DNA of 64,000 nt from an uncultured Lyngbya sp. (GCA_964434975.1 CAYSWY010000003.1:42663-106662), one strand, 5' to 3'; positions 19,122-30,630 are shown, counted from the stretch's first letter. Program-made: numbers and translations. Notes: generated by a model from the letters alone, not told the origin.

Positions 19122-19265
19122 CCGAAGTCATTGGTTCCCCGTCTCAACCTTGTCTGATTCCTGACGGTTTGTGGGATTACGATATATGGCGCTACACGCT
19201 ATACCTAAAACCTAATCCCTAAAACCTTGCCACCTGCGCGTAGCGCTATAACTGATGACTTCGGA
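19122..19265. repeat. MITE-like element with perfect 11-bp terminal inverted repeats
   Basis: TCCGAAGTCAT at 19122-19132 is the reverse complement of ATGACTTCGGA at 19255-19265. There is an inner imperfect inverted repeat, GGCGCTACACGC / GCGCGTAGCGCT. The loop carries CCTAAAA-type heptamers. Confidence 0.5.
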
Positions 19266-19297
19266 TCAACAAACAGTATTGCTGAATTTCCCAGTCT

Positions 19298-20017
19298 TTA
19301 AGCTTCTAAACATTGACGTTGAATTTCAAATAACTCTTGAATGCCTTTCTCTGCATAATCCATAATATTCGTGAGTTGCTGACGAGTAAAACTATTCGCC
19401 TCCGCCGTCCCTTGTAATTCAATAATTCCGGATTGATCATTCATCACCACATTACAATCAATCTCTGCGGCCACATCTTCATCATAATTGAGATCTAAAT
19501 AGGGTTCTCCTTCCAATAAACCCACAGAAATGGCTGCAATTTGGTGGCGAATAGGCGATCGCTCTAGTTTACCTTGTTGTACCATTTTATTAAAAGCATC
19601 AGCTAGGGCGACAAATCCTCCTGTTATCGACGTGGTACGGGTTCCAGCATCGGCTTGAATCACATCTGCATCCACCATCACCGTCATTTCTCCTAACGCT
19701 TTTAAGTCTACAGCCGCCCGTAAACTACGTCCAATTAACCGCTGAATTTCCTGAGTCCGTCCCGATAACTTAAAGGTTTCGCGAGAATGACGCTGTTGAG
19801 TTGCACCGGGTAACATCCGATATTCTGCCGTTAACCAGCCTTGACCACTATCTTGTAAAAACCGAGGTACACCCGGCTGTATTGTAACGTTACATAATAC
19901 TTTCGTTTCCCCACTGCTGGCCAATACCGATGCGGCTGAAAAACGGGTATAATCTCGTTCAAACTGCACTTTACGCAGTTGATTCGGTTGTCTACCATCC
20001 GGACGTTGCCAAGCCAT
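19298..20017 (-). CDS. rph: Ribonuclease PH
   Basis: The sequence [45 protein letters not shown] ... [23 protein letters not shown] is a typical RNase PH. Confidence 0.92.
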   Translation of the reverse strand: MAWQRPDGRQPNQLRKVQFERDYTRFSAASVLASSGETKVLCNVTIQPGVPRFLQDSGQGWLTAEYRMLPGATQQRHSRETFKLSGRTQEIQRLIGRSLRAAVDLKALGEMTVMVDADVIQADAGTRTTSITGGFVALADAFNKMVQQGKLERSPIRHQIAAISVGLLEGEPYLDLNYDEDVAAEIDCNVVMNDQSGIIELQGTAEANSFTRQQLTNIMDYAEKGIQELFEIQRQCLEA

Positions 20018-20167
20018 AAATTTGTTATCCTTTTCAGTTTTTAGGTTTTAAACCTAATATTGCAGCTATTATGCACTTAAATTTCATTTTCAGGCAAGGC
20101 TGATTCCGATTTAGCGAGAATTGTGTGAGTACAATAGAATCAAATTGATTGAATTCGGTTCATTATT

Positions 20168-21469
20168 ATGACAGTAACTCCTCCCAAACCCGAAAATATC
20201 GAATTAGGCGATCAATCACAATTTCTGTTTGACTGGAAAAACTGCTGGTATCCGGTAACTTTTGTAAAAGATTTCCCTTCAGATCGTCCTTATGCTTTTT
20301 CAATTTATGGTGAACCTTTAGTTTTATTTAAAGATCAAACCGGAGAAATTATTTGTTTACAAGATCGCTGTCCTCATCGCGCGGCAAAACTTTCAGACGG
20401 ACAAATAATACAGGGAAAAATTGAATGTTTATATCATGGTTGGCAATTTGGAAATGAGGGAGAATGTGTTCATATTCCCCATTTACCCAATACTGCAACA
20501 ATTCCGAAAACAGCTTGTGTAAAATCTTTCCCCGTTGTCGAACATCAAGGGATGATTTGGATCTGGTTAGGTGACTCTCAAAACGCTAAAACTGAAGACA
20601 TTCCTACAATACCAGATTTAGAAAAACCGGGATTATTTCGAGTTGATACGGTGACTGATTTACCTTTCGATCAAACCTATTTAGTTGAGAATTTTTTAGA
20701 TCCGGCTCATGTTTGTATTAGTCATGATCGTACAGAATATAAAATCAAACGAGAAGACGCAAAACCGTTAGAAATGGAAGTTTTATCTGTTTCAACCGAA
20801 GGCATTAAAAGCAGATATCGTAAACTGGGAAATCCTCAAATTCCTTGGAATAATGTTGAATTTATTGCGCCCTATTTAGTCACGTATAGTTTCGGCCCGG
20901 TTACCGCTTTTGTACTTTATGCTATTCCTTTAGCGCCCGGACGTTCACGAATTTTAGCCCGAAGATTAGGTAACTTTTATAGCCGAACCTTTAAATTAAA
21001 ACCCCGTTGGTTAGAACATTTACGTCAAAACAAAGTATTTGAAGAAGACTTATCTTTAATTCAGGCACAAGAAATTTATATTAATCAATCTGGCAACACA
21101 ATTAAAGAGACCTACTTACCTTTAAAAACCGCAGATATATTATTAATGGAATATCGTAAATGGCTAGATAAATTTGGTTCAAAACTGCCTCATTACCAAG
21201 GATATTCAACGCATCAACACCTGCAACATTCAACCACAATTAATCTCAACAACCGATATTTACGCCACACACAAATTTGTAGTTCTTGTAACCGCGCTTA
21301 TCAAAATACTCAACAAGTGAAAAAAGTTAGTATTGCTGTTGCTATTATATTTGCAGCTATTGGCATAATTACAGAGGGTAATCTTTCTATTTTAAGCGTT
21401 TCTACTGGTTTAATTGCTGTTATTATTGCAGTTTTAGCCCAGAAGTTAATAACTCATTTTGAGATGTAG
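20168..21469 (+). CDS. Rieske [2Fe-2S] oxygenase, PaO/Tic55-like, with a C-terminal TM anchor
   Basis: The Rieske motif is CPHRAAKLSDG...CLYHGWQF. A mononuclear-iron region follows (NFLDPAHVCISHD), along with a C-terminal CxxC and hydrophobic helices. Confidence 0.85.
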   Translation: MTVTPPKPENIELGDQSQFLFDWKNCWYPVTFVKDFPSDRPYAFSIYGEPLVLFKDQTGEIICLQDRCPHRAAKLSDGQIIQGKIECLYHGWQFGNEGECVHIPHLPNTATIPKTACVKSFPVVEHQGMIWIWLGDSQNAKTEDIPTIPDLEKPGLFRVDTVTDLPFDQTYLVENFLDPAHVCISHDRTEYKIKREDAKPLEMEVLSVSTEGIKSRYRKLGNPQIPWNNVEFIAPYLVTYSFGPVTAFVLYAIPLAPGRSRILARRLGNFYSRTFKLKPRWLEHLRQNKVFEEDLSLIQAQEIYINQSGNTIKETYLPLKTADILLMEYRKWLDKFGSKLPHYQGYSTHQHLQHSTTINLNNRYLRHTQICSSCNRAYQNTQQVKKVSIAVAIIFAAIGIITEGNLSILSVSTGLIAVIIAVLAQKLITHFEM

Positions 21470-21698
21470 TTGATACAGGATTTAAATAATTCATCATTAA
21501 TCGATTCGGTTGATAGAAAGTATCCTGTAAAGTTTGAGTGATACTCATTAGTGAGCGTCGTTCTAATGATTCTAATACTTTGATTAACTCTATCACTTCA
21601 TCCAATTTAAACTGAGTTTTTAACTCTTTCAAACTGACCGAATTTTTTATTTTTACTAACTTTGCTATTGATCAACTGTAAAATATCATTTTTATTTT

Positions 21699-24600
21699 TT
21701 AGTCTGGGATTTTTAATTCCGCAGGCGGTTCAACAGGAATTTTAATTTGAAATTCACAGCCTTTTCCCGGTTCAGATAAACATTCTAATTGACCGCCGTG
21801 TTTTTCCACGACTATTTTATAACTAATTGAAAGACCCAATCCTGTCCCTTTTCCGACGGGTTTTGTGGTGAAAAATGGATCAAATAACTTATTCTTAACC
21901 TCCTCAGGGATGCCGGGGCCATTGTCTTTAATACTAATCAAAACTTCAGGTGATTGAGTCGGAGTCTGATCTGAGGATAATAACTTTGTTGAAATCGTAA
22001 TTGTACGAGGTTTGGGCTGACTTTCTAGCGCATCTATTCCATTACTAATAATATTCATAAACACTTGATTCAGTTGTCCGGCATAACATTTTACTTTCGG
22101 TAAATCGCCATATTGTTTAATTAACTCAATCCCAGAGTGAGCACTTTTAGATTTTAATCGGTTTTGTAAAATCAGTAGAGTACTGTCAATTCCTTCATGA
22201 ATATCAACGGGTTTAACCTCTGCTTCATCTAACCGAGAAAAGTTTCGCAGTGAAACAACGATTTGACGAATCCGATCTGCTCCCATCTCCATCGAACTGA
22301 CAATTTTAGGCATATCCTCGAGTAAAAAATCCAGTTCAATCTCTTCTACTTTCTCTTGAATGTCTGTTACTGGCTCAGGATAACACTGTTGATAAAGTTC
22401 AACTAATTCTAATAAATCTCTCGTATAATCTTTGGCATAAGTTAAGTTCCCATAAATAAAATTCACGGGATTATTAATTTCATGGGCAACACCAGCCACC
22501 ATTTGTCCTAAACTGGACATTTTTTCACTTTGAATCAGTTGGGCTTCTTTTTGTTTGAGATCTTCTAAAGCTTCACTCAGATGAAAAGCTTGAGTTTGTG
22601 CGGCTAAAGCGGCTGCCCGAGTTTGAGCATAAAGTTCTGCTTGATCAATAGCGATCGCTAACTGATTCACCACAGCTTGTAATAAATCCACTTCTGAATT
22701 ATTCCATTGTCGCGCCCCTTGATAATGATGACAAATCACCGCGCCTTGCTGACTTGATTTTGTTTCTAGGGGTAATAATAAAGTAGAGTGAATGCCAGCC
22801 GTTTGTAGAATCGTTCGAGTGGTTGGATCTAACTCCGTTGCTGCTGCTAAATCATCAATTTGAACCGTCTGATGATGTTGAATTTTCTCGGCAAACCCGG
22901 TAATGGCTTTGAGGGGATAATCTTGTAAACCTGTTGCAAGTGTTGCTGTTTTGGCTTCATGGGTAATGGCGAAGCTAGGATGCTGATTGTGACTTAAGAA
23001 ATACCAAATAAAGTGACATTGATCCACATTCAACAGAGTCCGAATTTCACTGACAGCAGTGGCTAAAATTGTATTAATATCTAAAGAATTACGAATCTGA
23101 CTGGCTAAACCAAATAGCAAACCTTCTCGGCGATTATACAATTCATCTCTAGCGCGAATCCGATCAATTCCTATCGCAATAGTATGAGCCACCCAATGCA
23201 AAACATTTTGTACCGACTCAGGCAACGGTTGACGACTGCGAAGGGTGAGTTGTCCCAGGCTTTGGTCTTCGACGGTGAGAGAAAATTCTGTCTTCCATTT
23301 CAACATCGGATCTGTTACTTCTACTCCAGCAAAAGCTTGCTGTTGCCACTGAGAAGATTGAGGATCAATGGTACTCAAACTGACGCAAGCCTGTTCAAAA
23401 TGATTCGCAATTGCACTGGCGCACCCTTCTAAAATCATCTCAATGGTGTTGCTGATACCCACTGCTGTCCCCACCTCAGCTTCTAATAAAGAAAGGCGTG
23501 ATCGCTCCCTGAGTGCCACTTCTGTTCGTTTACGAGTTGTAATATCTCGAGAAATTGAAACCAGTTCCCTAATCTGACCCATATGATCTTGAATACTGTG
23601 ACAAGTGGTTTCAATCCAAACCCAACTTTGGTCATTGCGGCGCATTCGATAACTGAGGGTTTGGGTGCTTGGGGTGATCTGAAGGAGTTGGTGAGACTGC
23701 TCAACAATGGGCAGATCTTCTGGGTGAATCCAGTGTAGAACATTTTGCCCGATGAGTTCGTCGGGTTCATAACCCAGTAAGGTTCGACAAGCCGGAGAAG
23801 CATACAGATAAGTTCCGTCGGTGCGATGACGAGAAATCAGATCGGAGGCATTTTCAGCCAATAAGCGATAACGCTCTTCACTTTCTTGTAAAATTTCTGC
23901 TGAGCGCATTTTCTCCGTAATATCAGTTTGCACTCCGACAAAATGAATTAATTCACCTTGATCATCGCGCATGGGATAAACCGCGATTTCATTCCAAAAT
24001 GGACTGCCATCTTTACGGTAATTTTTCAACGTCACCATGCATTCTTGTCCCGTTTGCAAGGCTTGACGAATTTGATCAATGGCTTTTGGGTCGGTATCTG
24101 GCCCCTGTAACATTCGGCAGTTGCAGCCTAAAAGCTCTGAGGCAGAGTAACCTGTAATGCGCTCAAAAGCAGGATTACAATAAATTGTGGCATAATCAGA
24201 CTCAGCCCCTGAAGTGACGACAATTCCGCTGGGACTTTGACTAATGGCCTGTTCTAAGAGGTGCAGCATTTCCTCGGATTGTTTGCGTTGGGTAATATCG
24301 ACACCTGTAGCAATAATATATTTCAGGGAACCATCTGTATTCCACACTCCTGTATTTGACCAAGCGATATTGTAGTGAGATCCCTCTCGACTCACCCATT
24401 CATTTTCAGATTCTGTGGGAAATGAGTGTTGCTGTAAATCGATTTGACAATGATCTGAGTCGCTGCATAACTCCTGCCAAGAAATATTAAAAATTGAATA
24501 GCCTAAGTCTCTCAAAGATTGACCATCGACGAATGTCGCAGAGTAGCCTGTAATTTCTTCACAGGTGCGGTTAAATCGGATAATTTTTCCTTGAGGATCT

Positions 24601-25271
24601 AAAACAACCACTAAAGCACTGATGGTGTCTAGGACTTTAATGATAAAATCCCGTTCTCGCAGCACCATCGCCCAAATTTGTTGACGTTCTTGAATCATTT
24701 CTTCGAGGCGAAAGCACTTCCCTCGACTGTAAACCAGTTGACGGTGAAGATTAATTTGGCTAATAATTTGCTGAGAGAGGGTTTGTAGCGCAGAGAGTTG
24801 TTCTGGGGTAGGCTGTCTGGTAACAGTATCCATCACCGATAACACCCCTAACAGTTGTTGGCGATCGCCAATAATTGGAATTCCTAGATAAAACCGAATT
24901 CCAGGGTCTTGTGTCACCAGGGGATGATTGGCACAGAGAGGATGGGTGCTGGTATCGCAGATGAGAATCGGTTCTGGAGATAAGTCAGTCTCCGATGGCG
25001 CTAAATTTTGCTTTGTATGAGATTGTAGAGATAATATCTGATCGCAAAAGTCCAGATACAACCGAGAGGAAAGTTGTAAACCCACGTGAGACTTTAGCCA
25101 GTGGTAACTGCCATCGAAAAAGCTGATGAGTACAATTGGAGTTTGAGCAATATAGCTTGCCAGTTGAGCCAGATCATCAAAAGCGACCTCGGGTTCTGTA
25201 CCAATCATCTCAGATAGAGAAAGTTTAGACGTTTTTGTCATACTGTCGGAGGATTGTCTAGGGACGCTCAT
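21699..25271 (-). CDS. Multi-sensor histidine kinase (GAF-PAS/PAC x3-4-GAF-GAF-HisKA-HATPase)
   Basis: The 1190-aa protein has repeated PAS/PAC blocks, for example NPAFERITGYSASELLG ... DITEKMRSAE. The H-box is SLGQMVAGVAHEINNP and a HATPase box is GKGTGLGLSISY. Confidence 0.9.
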   Translation of the reverse strand: MSVPRQSSDSMTKTSKLSLSEMIGTEPEVAFDDLAQLASYIAQTPIVLISFFDGSYHWLKSHVGLQLSSRLYLDFCDQILSLQSHTKQNLAPSETDLSPEPILICDTSTHPLCANHPLVTQDPGIRFYLGIPIIGDRQQLLGVLSVMDTVTRQPTPEQLSALQTLSQQIISQINLHRQLVYSRGKCFRLEEMIQERQQIWAMVLRERDFIIKVLDTISALVVVLDPQGKIIRFNRTCEEITGYSATFVDGQSLRDLGYSIFNISWQELCSDSDHCQIDLQQHSFPTESENEWVSREGSHYNIAWSNTGVWNTDGSLKYIIATGVDITQRKQSEEMLHLLEQAISQSPSGIVVTSGAESDYATIYCNPAFERITGYSASELLGCNCRMLQGPDTDPKAIDQIRQALQTGQECMVTLKNYRKDGSPFWNEIAVYPMRDDQGELIHFVGVQTDITEKMRSAEILQESEERYRLLAENASDLISRHRTDGTYLYASPACRTLLGYEPDELIGQNVLHWIHPEDLPIVEQSHQLLQITPSTQTLSYRMRRNDQSWVWIETTCHSIQDHMGQIRELVSISRDITTRKRTEVALRERSRLSLLEAEVGTAVGISNTIEMILEGCASAIANHFEQACVSLSTIDPQSSQWQQQAFAGVEVTDPMLKWKTEFSLTVEDQSLGQLTLRSRQPLPESVQNVLHWVAHTIAIGIDRIRARDELYNRREGLLFGLASQIRNSLDINTILATAVSEIRTLLNVDQCHFIWYFLSHNQHPSFAITHEAKTATLATGLQDYPLKAITGFAEKIQHHQTVQIDDLAAATELDPTTRTILQTAGIHSTLLLPLETKSSQQGAVICHHYQGARQWNNSEVDLLQAVVNQLAIAIDQAELYAQTRAAALAAQTQAFHLSEALEDLKQKEAQLIQSEKMSSLGQMVAGVAHEINNPVNFIYGNLTYAKDYTRDLLELVELYQQCYPEPVTDIQEKVEEIELDFLLEDMPKIVSSMEMGADRIRQIVVSLRNFSRLDEAEVKPVDIHEGIDSTLLILQNRLKSKSAHSGIELIKQYGDLPKVKCYAGQLNQVFMNIISNGIDALESQPKPRTITISTKLLSSDQTPTQSPEVLISIKDNGPGIPEEVKNKLFDPFFTTKPVGKGTGLGLSISYKIVVEKHGGQLECLSEPGKGCEFQIKIPVEPPAELKIPD

Positions 25272-25887
25272 GATGGATTAACCACCTGGGATAGAATTCA
25301 CTAACTTAATGGTACAGATATTGAATCAACCAGTCACAGTAAAAGTAGTGACAGATTGGATTTAATTTAGCACTTCATAGATACCTGATTCAATTACCCT
25401 GGTATCTATGACTCTGCATATATACTATATCTAGTTATAACATTGATACCCATTATCACCCTGTTTACCAGTCACTGTTAAAGCTGATAGTTGATTTTAT
25501 CTTAACAGAGATTGATTGATGTCGCGATCGCCCTCACTATAAAATTTTTATATTAGAAGAACATATCCTATCAACTCCTGCTTTTTTCTTTTCTTTTAAT
25601 TCTATAATTGATGTCTAATTTTTACTGATTTTAATCTAACTGTAAAATATCTCTCTTAATTTTTCTCTGTTTTTTGCGTATTTATACTGACATATCGTGA
25701 CAAATAGATACAAAAAGCATATAAATTGATTTTATACAAGCTGGGATTTAGTGAGTGATGTAAATTAATAATTAACTTAATATTAAAAATATGTGTTATT
25801 CAACAGCTCTTTATAGGTTTAAATTAAATTAATTAGTATATAATTAAAACATCAAAAAACCCATCTAATCTCAAAGGAAAAAATGCT

Positions 25888-26328
25888 ATGGAGACAGGTG
25901 TAAAACTGGCACAAACTATTCTAATTGTTGATGACAGCATGGTAATGCAGGAGCTTTTAAGAGAAACTTTAGAAATAAATTATCAAGTTTTTGCGGCAAA
26001 TAATGCCATGGATGCTCTGTCACTGATTTATCAAAAACCCATCTCTCTATTGCTGCTGGATGTGTGTATGCCAGGCATTGATGGTTTAGAACTGTGTCGT
26101 ACGGTTCGGAGTTTGCCTCAGTTTGATCACTTACCCATTATTATGGTGACAGCACGCAATAGCACATTTGATTACGTTCAAGGACAACTGGCTGGAGCCA
26201 CGCGATATTTAACGAAACCATTTGACACTTCAGCACTGCTTCACACAGTAGACTCTGTCTTAACCCGATCTGATGCAATTGCTTCAACTAGAACACCACA
26301 GCCTCAACTGTATCATTCAACCCTTTAA
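25888..26328 (+). CDS. Single-domain CheY-like response regulator
   Basis: It contains ILIVDDSMVMQ, the phospho-acceptor context LLLLDVCMPGIDG, and the conserved MVTA and LTKPF blocks. Confidence 0.9.
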   Translation: METGVKLAQTILIVDDSMVMQELLRETLEINYQVFAANNAMDALSLIYQKPISLLLLDVCMPGIDGLELCRTVRSLPQFDHLPIIMVTARNSTFDYVQGQLAGATRYLTKPFDTSALLHTVDSVLTRSDAIASTRTPQPQLYHSTL

Positions 26329-26774
26329 ATCTACAGCACTGATCGAACGGGGCAAACCTCACGACTCTAAGTTAAAACAAACAGTATTTGAGAGACACAC
26401 ATAAGAACGATAAGAACGCTCAACACAAGCCTCCCTCAAAGATTGTACTGCGGTGTATGGGTTGACAACGATATATTTGTTCATCACTCATATCAACAAA
26501 TCGCTCTAGAATACAATATTATCGAGGTGAATTGTCCAATTTGCTGCATTAATTGCGGGAATGGATAGCTTTCAATCTGTAATATTATGTTGAGATGTGA
26601 AAATGTTGTGAAAATAATGAATTATCAGTTCAACTAATCAAGTAGAGTTACAGTAGTAGTGAGCCTGATCACATTGAGCAACCCTGACACAGAGCTGTCA
26701 GCATTTCAACGTAACATGATTCAGGTAGCAATACCCTAGCTCACCGCTGAAGCAAAGTACAGCATGATACCCTC

Positions 26775-27482
26775 ATGGCAGAACGGTTTACCTCCCGCGA
26801 GTCTCAATCTGATATCGTCAACATGATTCTTTCCACGTCGTTTTTTCAGGGTTTACCCGAGGAAGCGGCAGAGAAGGCAACGGCTCATATTGTGGGCCGT
26901 ACCCATCCCGCTAATCAAGTTATTCTGTTAGAAAATGATTGGGGGAGTTCCGTTTACTTTATCCTCAATGGCTGGGTTAAAATTCGGACATATAATCTTG
27001 ATGGCAAAGAAGTTACCCTGAATATTCTAGGTAAAGGAGAAATTTTTGGAGAGATGGCGGCTTTAGATGAAGTGCCGCGTTCAACAGATGTGATTACCCT
27101 AGCGCCAACATTAATTGGCAATATGCCCGCTCAGGACTTCGTTGAACTGATTAATACAGAACCGGTTGCAGGCATTCGCTTAGCACAGTTAATGGGACGA
27201 CGTTTACGTCAAGTTAACCGCCGACTACGACTGCGGGAGTCTGATAGTACTTCCCGAGTTGCAGATATTTTATTATTCCTAGCTGAAGGACAAGGAAAAA
27301 CCACTGACACAGGAACCAGTATCCCGAACTTACCCCACCGAGAACTGAGTGGCTTGAGTGGTTTGGCGCGCGAAACCGTGACTCGAGTTCTGAGTAAACT
27401 GGAGAAGAAAGGATTAATTCAACGCGATCGCGATATTCTCAGTATTCCAGATGTTAACGCGCTGGAGCGAACCTTAGTCTAA
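26775..27482 (+). CDS. Crp/Fnr-family transcriptional regulator (cNMP-binding domain plus HTH)
   Basis: The cNMP-binding fold contains GEIFGEMAALDEVPRSTDV. The C-terminal HTH is RELSGLSGLARETVTRVLSKLEKKGLI. It does not match the NtcA sequence as I recall it. Confidence 0.85.
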   Translation: MAERFTSRESQSDIVNMILSTSFFQGLPEEAAEKATAHIVGRTHPANQVILLENDWGSSVYFILNGWVKIRTYNLDGKEVTLNILGKGEIFGEMAALDEVPRSTDVITLAPTLIGNMPAQDFVELINTEPVAGIRLAQLMGRRLRQVNRRLRLRESDSTSRVADILLFLAEGQGKTTDTGTSIPNLPHRELSGLSGLARETVTRVLSKLEKKGLIQRDRDILSIPDVNALERTLV

Positions 27483-27554
27483 AATACTATAGTCAAATGA
27501 GAAAGTGTGTGTATAATCCTCAACCCGAGAATCAGCAACATTGTCAATTTTAAG

Positions 27555-28262
27555 ATGAGTCAGTCTCCTGAAATCAGTCCATCTAATTCCCTCTCCTCTG
27601 AGTCTGAGTCCACTTCCGAGGCATCAACTCAACCCACACCGACCGACGACCCCCTGATGATGGTGGAAACGGCTTTTCTTGCCAGTGCCGCCAGTCTAAT
27701 TTGGTTTATTAATTACTATTTTCCACTCGGGCCACTACTGCGGGTATTTTTCCCGTTGCCGATTGCCTTGTTGTATCTACGATGGGGTAAACGGGAGGCT
27801 CGTATGGGTGCCTTAACGGCTGGGTTACTGCTGACCGTCTTAATGGGGCCGACACGCAGTATTCTGTATGTTGTTCCTTATGCTTGGATGGGGATTATTT
27901 TAGGTCAACTGTGGCGACGACAGGCGCAATGGTGGGTGTCTATCGGAATTGCTTCGATTATCGGTACGTTTGGCTTTTTCTTTCGTTATTGGTTGCTCTC
28001 TCTTTTACTGGGTCGCGATTTATGGGGGTATACCATTAGTCAATTTACGGAATTAGCAGAGTGGATTTTTATTAAATTGGGTATTCTCGCGACTCCCAGT
28101 CTGACTTTAATTCAGGCCGGGGCGATCGCAATGGTTTTTATCAATAATATTGTTTATTTATTTGTGGTACATTTAGTGGCTTTACTGCTATTAGATCGGC
28201 TGAAAAATCCAATTCCTCGCCCTCCCACTTGGGTACAAGTTTTATTGGATTATGAGGAATAA
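27555..28262 (+). CDS. DUF2232-like integral membrane protein
   Basis: The sequence MVETAFLASAASLIWFINYYFPLGPLLRVFFPLPIALLYLRWGKR is followed by five or six TM helices. I prefer the ATG at 27555 to the ORF-track start at 27507. Confidence 0.55.
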   Translation: MSQSPEISPSNSLSSESESTSEASTQPTPTDDPLMMVETAFLASAASLIWFINYYFPLGPLLRVFFPLPIALLYLRWGKREARMGALTAGLLLTVLMGPTRSILYVVPYAWMGIILGQLWRRQAQWWVSIGIASIIGTFGFFFRYWLLSLLLGRDLWGYTISQFTELAEWIFIKLGILATPSLTLIQAGAIAMVFINNIVYLFVVHLVALLLLDRLKNPIPRPPTWVQVLLDYEE

Positions 28263-28597
28263 TGATTAAAACTTTATTGTATAGATTCTATCGACTTCAA
28301 TTCAGCAAATTCTGATCGATTTGAAATCAACGAATTGTTAGCATTTAAAATGCTCTTGTTTGAAAAGCGCCCAGACTCAAGCCAGCGACAAATTGATTTT
28401 TGTCCCGTCCAAAATAAACAACCCAGTACTGTTAACATAATGCCGACAACACCAGATCAGACTCAACACAGAGATCAGTCATAAAATAGACTCAGGTATA
28501 AGGGTATACTAAGCTGTGTCAAGCCGATGTATTATATAAAACTTTACTGGGAATTCTGGGTAATGTCAAAGCAGAAGATGTTCAATAAAAGTCAAAA

Positions 28598-28620
28598 GAG
28601 ACGCTTCATAGAAACGTCTC
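28598..28620. repeat. GAGACG...CGTCTC hairpin repeat
   Basis: The sequence is gagacgcttcatagaaacgtctc, with 9 of 10 stem pairs. It belongs to the same family as the two hairpins at 30688-30754. Confidence 0.6.
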
Positions 28621-28670
28621 CGAGGGGAATTGAATGGGCATCATTACGGGTATCATTTTAACTGAATCAA

Positions 28671-29180
28671 TTAATCAGCTATGGGTTGAACAAATTGATC
28701 GTTTGCTCTAACAAAACATTGATTAACGGCGTTATTACCTAATGTTTGCTCAACAAAAATCCAGGGTTGATTGCGAGTATCATACATCACACCAAATCCA
28801 GCAGGGCCGGAATTAATCCGAAATCGCTGTTCCTGTTTGAGGGTTCCAACAATAGGCCAGTTAACAATATCTAACTCAATGTTATTCCGGGGATTAATTA
28901 ACTCATTATAAGTCATATTAATCATGCGACAATTTAATCCATTGGGATCAACATCTACTACTTTCCAGGTTCGATGCGGAGTTCGACGATAGTCACCCCT
29001 GTTATTCGGTTGAGGTAAACGAGAATTCTGTGAAATCGTCATGGTTTTATCTGCATCCCGTAAAATCTCAGGTTGTTTAGGGGTTGCAGAACCCTGGTAA
29101 CTGAACGTTATGGTTGCCATCAAACCTGTAATTAATGTTAGAAAAACAGGTCTAATGGTTCGAGTCATTAAAGAGGTCAT
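28671..29180 (-). CDS. Hypothetical exported protein
   Basis: Its ATG at 29180 overlaps the miaB stop (TAATG), which suggests translational coupling. It has an N-terminal signal or anchor, TRTIRPVFLTLITGLMATITFS. I recognised no family. Confidence 0.5.
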   Translation of the reverse strand: MTSLMTRTIRPVFLTLITGLMATITFSYQGSATPKQPEILRDADKTMTISQNSRLPQPNNRGDYRRTPHRTWKVVDVDPNGLNCRMINMTYNELINPRNNIELDIVNWPIVGTLKQEQRFRINSGPAGFGVMYDTRNQPWIFVEQTLGNNAVNQCFVRANDQFVQPIAD

Positions 29181-30538
29181 TATACAGTTGCACACAATTC
29201 GATAGCTTCCCCGGTGAGGCTGAATGGTCTCACTTGGGTTACTTTAACCTTCACCATTTGACCCTTGATTTCCGCATAATTCCCTGTAAAGAATGTTAAA
29301 CGATTTCCCGCAGTACGCCCCATCACCTGATTTGGATCTTTGGGGTTTTGACCTTCAACTAAAACGGTCTCAATTCGTCCAAAATAACGCTGAGAACGTT
29401 CCTCGGCTTTAAGTCCGACTAAATGATTTAATCGTTGTAAGCGGTCTGCTTTTTCTGTTTCTGAAACTTGATTTTCCCATAAAGCAGCAGGGGTTCCTGG
29501 ACGCGGAGAATAGGCGGCTGTATTGAGTAAATCAAAGCCGATATCATCCACTAACTTTAAAGTATTCTGAAATTGCGCTTCTGTTTCTCCGGGAAACCCA
29601 ACAATAGCATCTGCACTAATAGCAGCATCGGGCATATACTGACGAATTTTATCAATAATCCGGCGATATTTTTCATGGGTATATCCCCGTAACATTGCCT
29701 TCAAAATCTCGTTATCCCCAGACTGAAACGGAATATGAAAATGTTCACAGACTTTCGGCAATTCAGCACAAGCATGAATTAATCGTTCGGTAAAATAACG
29801 AGGATGGCTGGTGGCAAAGCGAATACGTTCGATGCCGGGAATATCATGCACAAAGTATAATAAATCCGTTAGGGTATATTTATGACGACCTTCCGGAGTA
29901 GAACCGGGTAAATCACGGCCATAAGCATCAATATTTTGGCCTAACAGCGTCACTTCTTTGTATCCCTGAGTCGCTAACTGTTCCATTTCTGCCCGAATAG
30001 CTTCTGGATAACGAGACTGTTCAACGCCGCGAACATTGGGAACCACACAATAGCTACAGCGTTCGTTACAGCCATAAATTACATTCACCCAGGCCGTCAC
30101 CTCACTATCGCGTCGGGGTTTAGTGATATCCTCCATGATATGAACGGGTTCAGTGGCAACCACTTGATTGCCTTCTAAGACCTGTGTGAGTAAATCCTGC
30201 AAACGGTTTGCGTGTTGCGGTCCCATGACTAAATCAACTTCGGGGACTCGTCGTAGTAACGCTTCTCCTTCCTGTTGTGCCACACATCCAGCAACAATTA
30301 AGGTTAAGTCAGGTTCAGTGTGTTTGCGTTTGGCTTGTCTACCGAGATAAGAATAAACCTTGTGTTCGGCGTTATCCCGAATCGTGCAGGTATTATACAA
30401 AATTAAACTGGCATCATTGGGATCATCGGTATAGAGAAAGCCTAAATCTTCTAAAATGCCCGCCATCCGTTCAGAGTCAGCTTTATTCATCTGACAGCCA
30501 AAGGTGGTAATGTGGTAGCGACGAGAAGGAGTATTCAT
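29180..30538 (-). CDS. miaB: tRNA-2-methylthio-N6-dimethylallyladenosine synthase
   Basis: It has the N-terminal [28 protein letters not shown], the radical-SAM [11 protein letters not shown] motif, and a TRAM domain at the C-terminus. Confidence 0.92.
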   Translation of the reverse strand: MNTPSRRYHITTFGCQMNKADSERMAGILEDLGFLYTDDPNDASLILYNTCTIRDNAEHKVYSYLGRQAKRKHTEPDLTLIVAGCVAQQEGEALLRRVPEVDLVMGPQHANRLQDLLTQVLEGNQVVATEPVHIMEDITKPRRDSEVTAWVNVIYGCNERCSYCVVPNVRGVEQSRYPEAIRAEMEQLATQGYKEVTLLGQNIDAYGRDLPGSTPEGRHKYTLTDLLYFVHDIPGIERIRFATSHPRYFTERLIHACAELPKVCEHFHIPFQSGDNEILKAMLRGYTHEKYRRIIDKIRQYMPDAAISADAIVGFPGETEAQFQNTLKLVDDIGFDLLNTAAYSPRPGTPAALWENQVSETEKADRLQRLNHLVGLKAEERSQRYFGRIETVLVEGQNPKDPNQVMGRTAGNRLTFFTGNYAEIKGQMVKVKVTQVRPFSLTGEAIELCATV

Positions 30539-30630
30539 AAAAAAATATTTGTACTAACAGCTTAAAATTAATCAATTTAGAACCAATCTATTATTTTTAC
30601 ACGATATTGGGATGTTCAGCAGCGTATGAA

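Noticed and set aside
21423-21632. A 69-aa minus-strand ORF downstream of the large kinase
   Set aside because: It has a non-ATG start, overlaps the 3' end of the Rieske gene by 47 nt, and has no recognisable family. It may be a real small helical protein, but I cannot support it.
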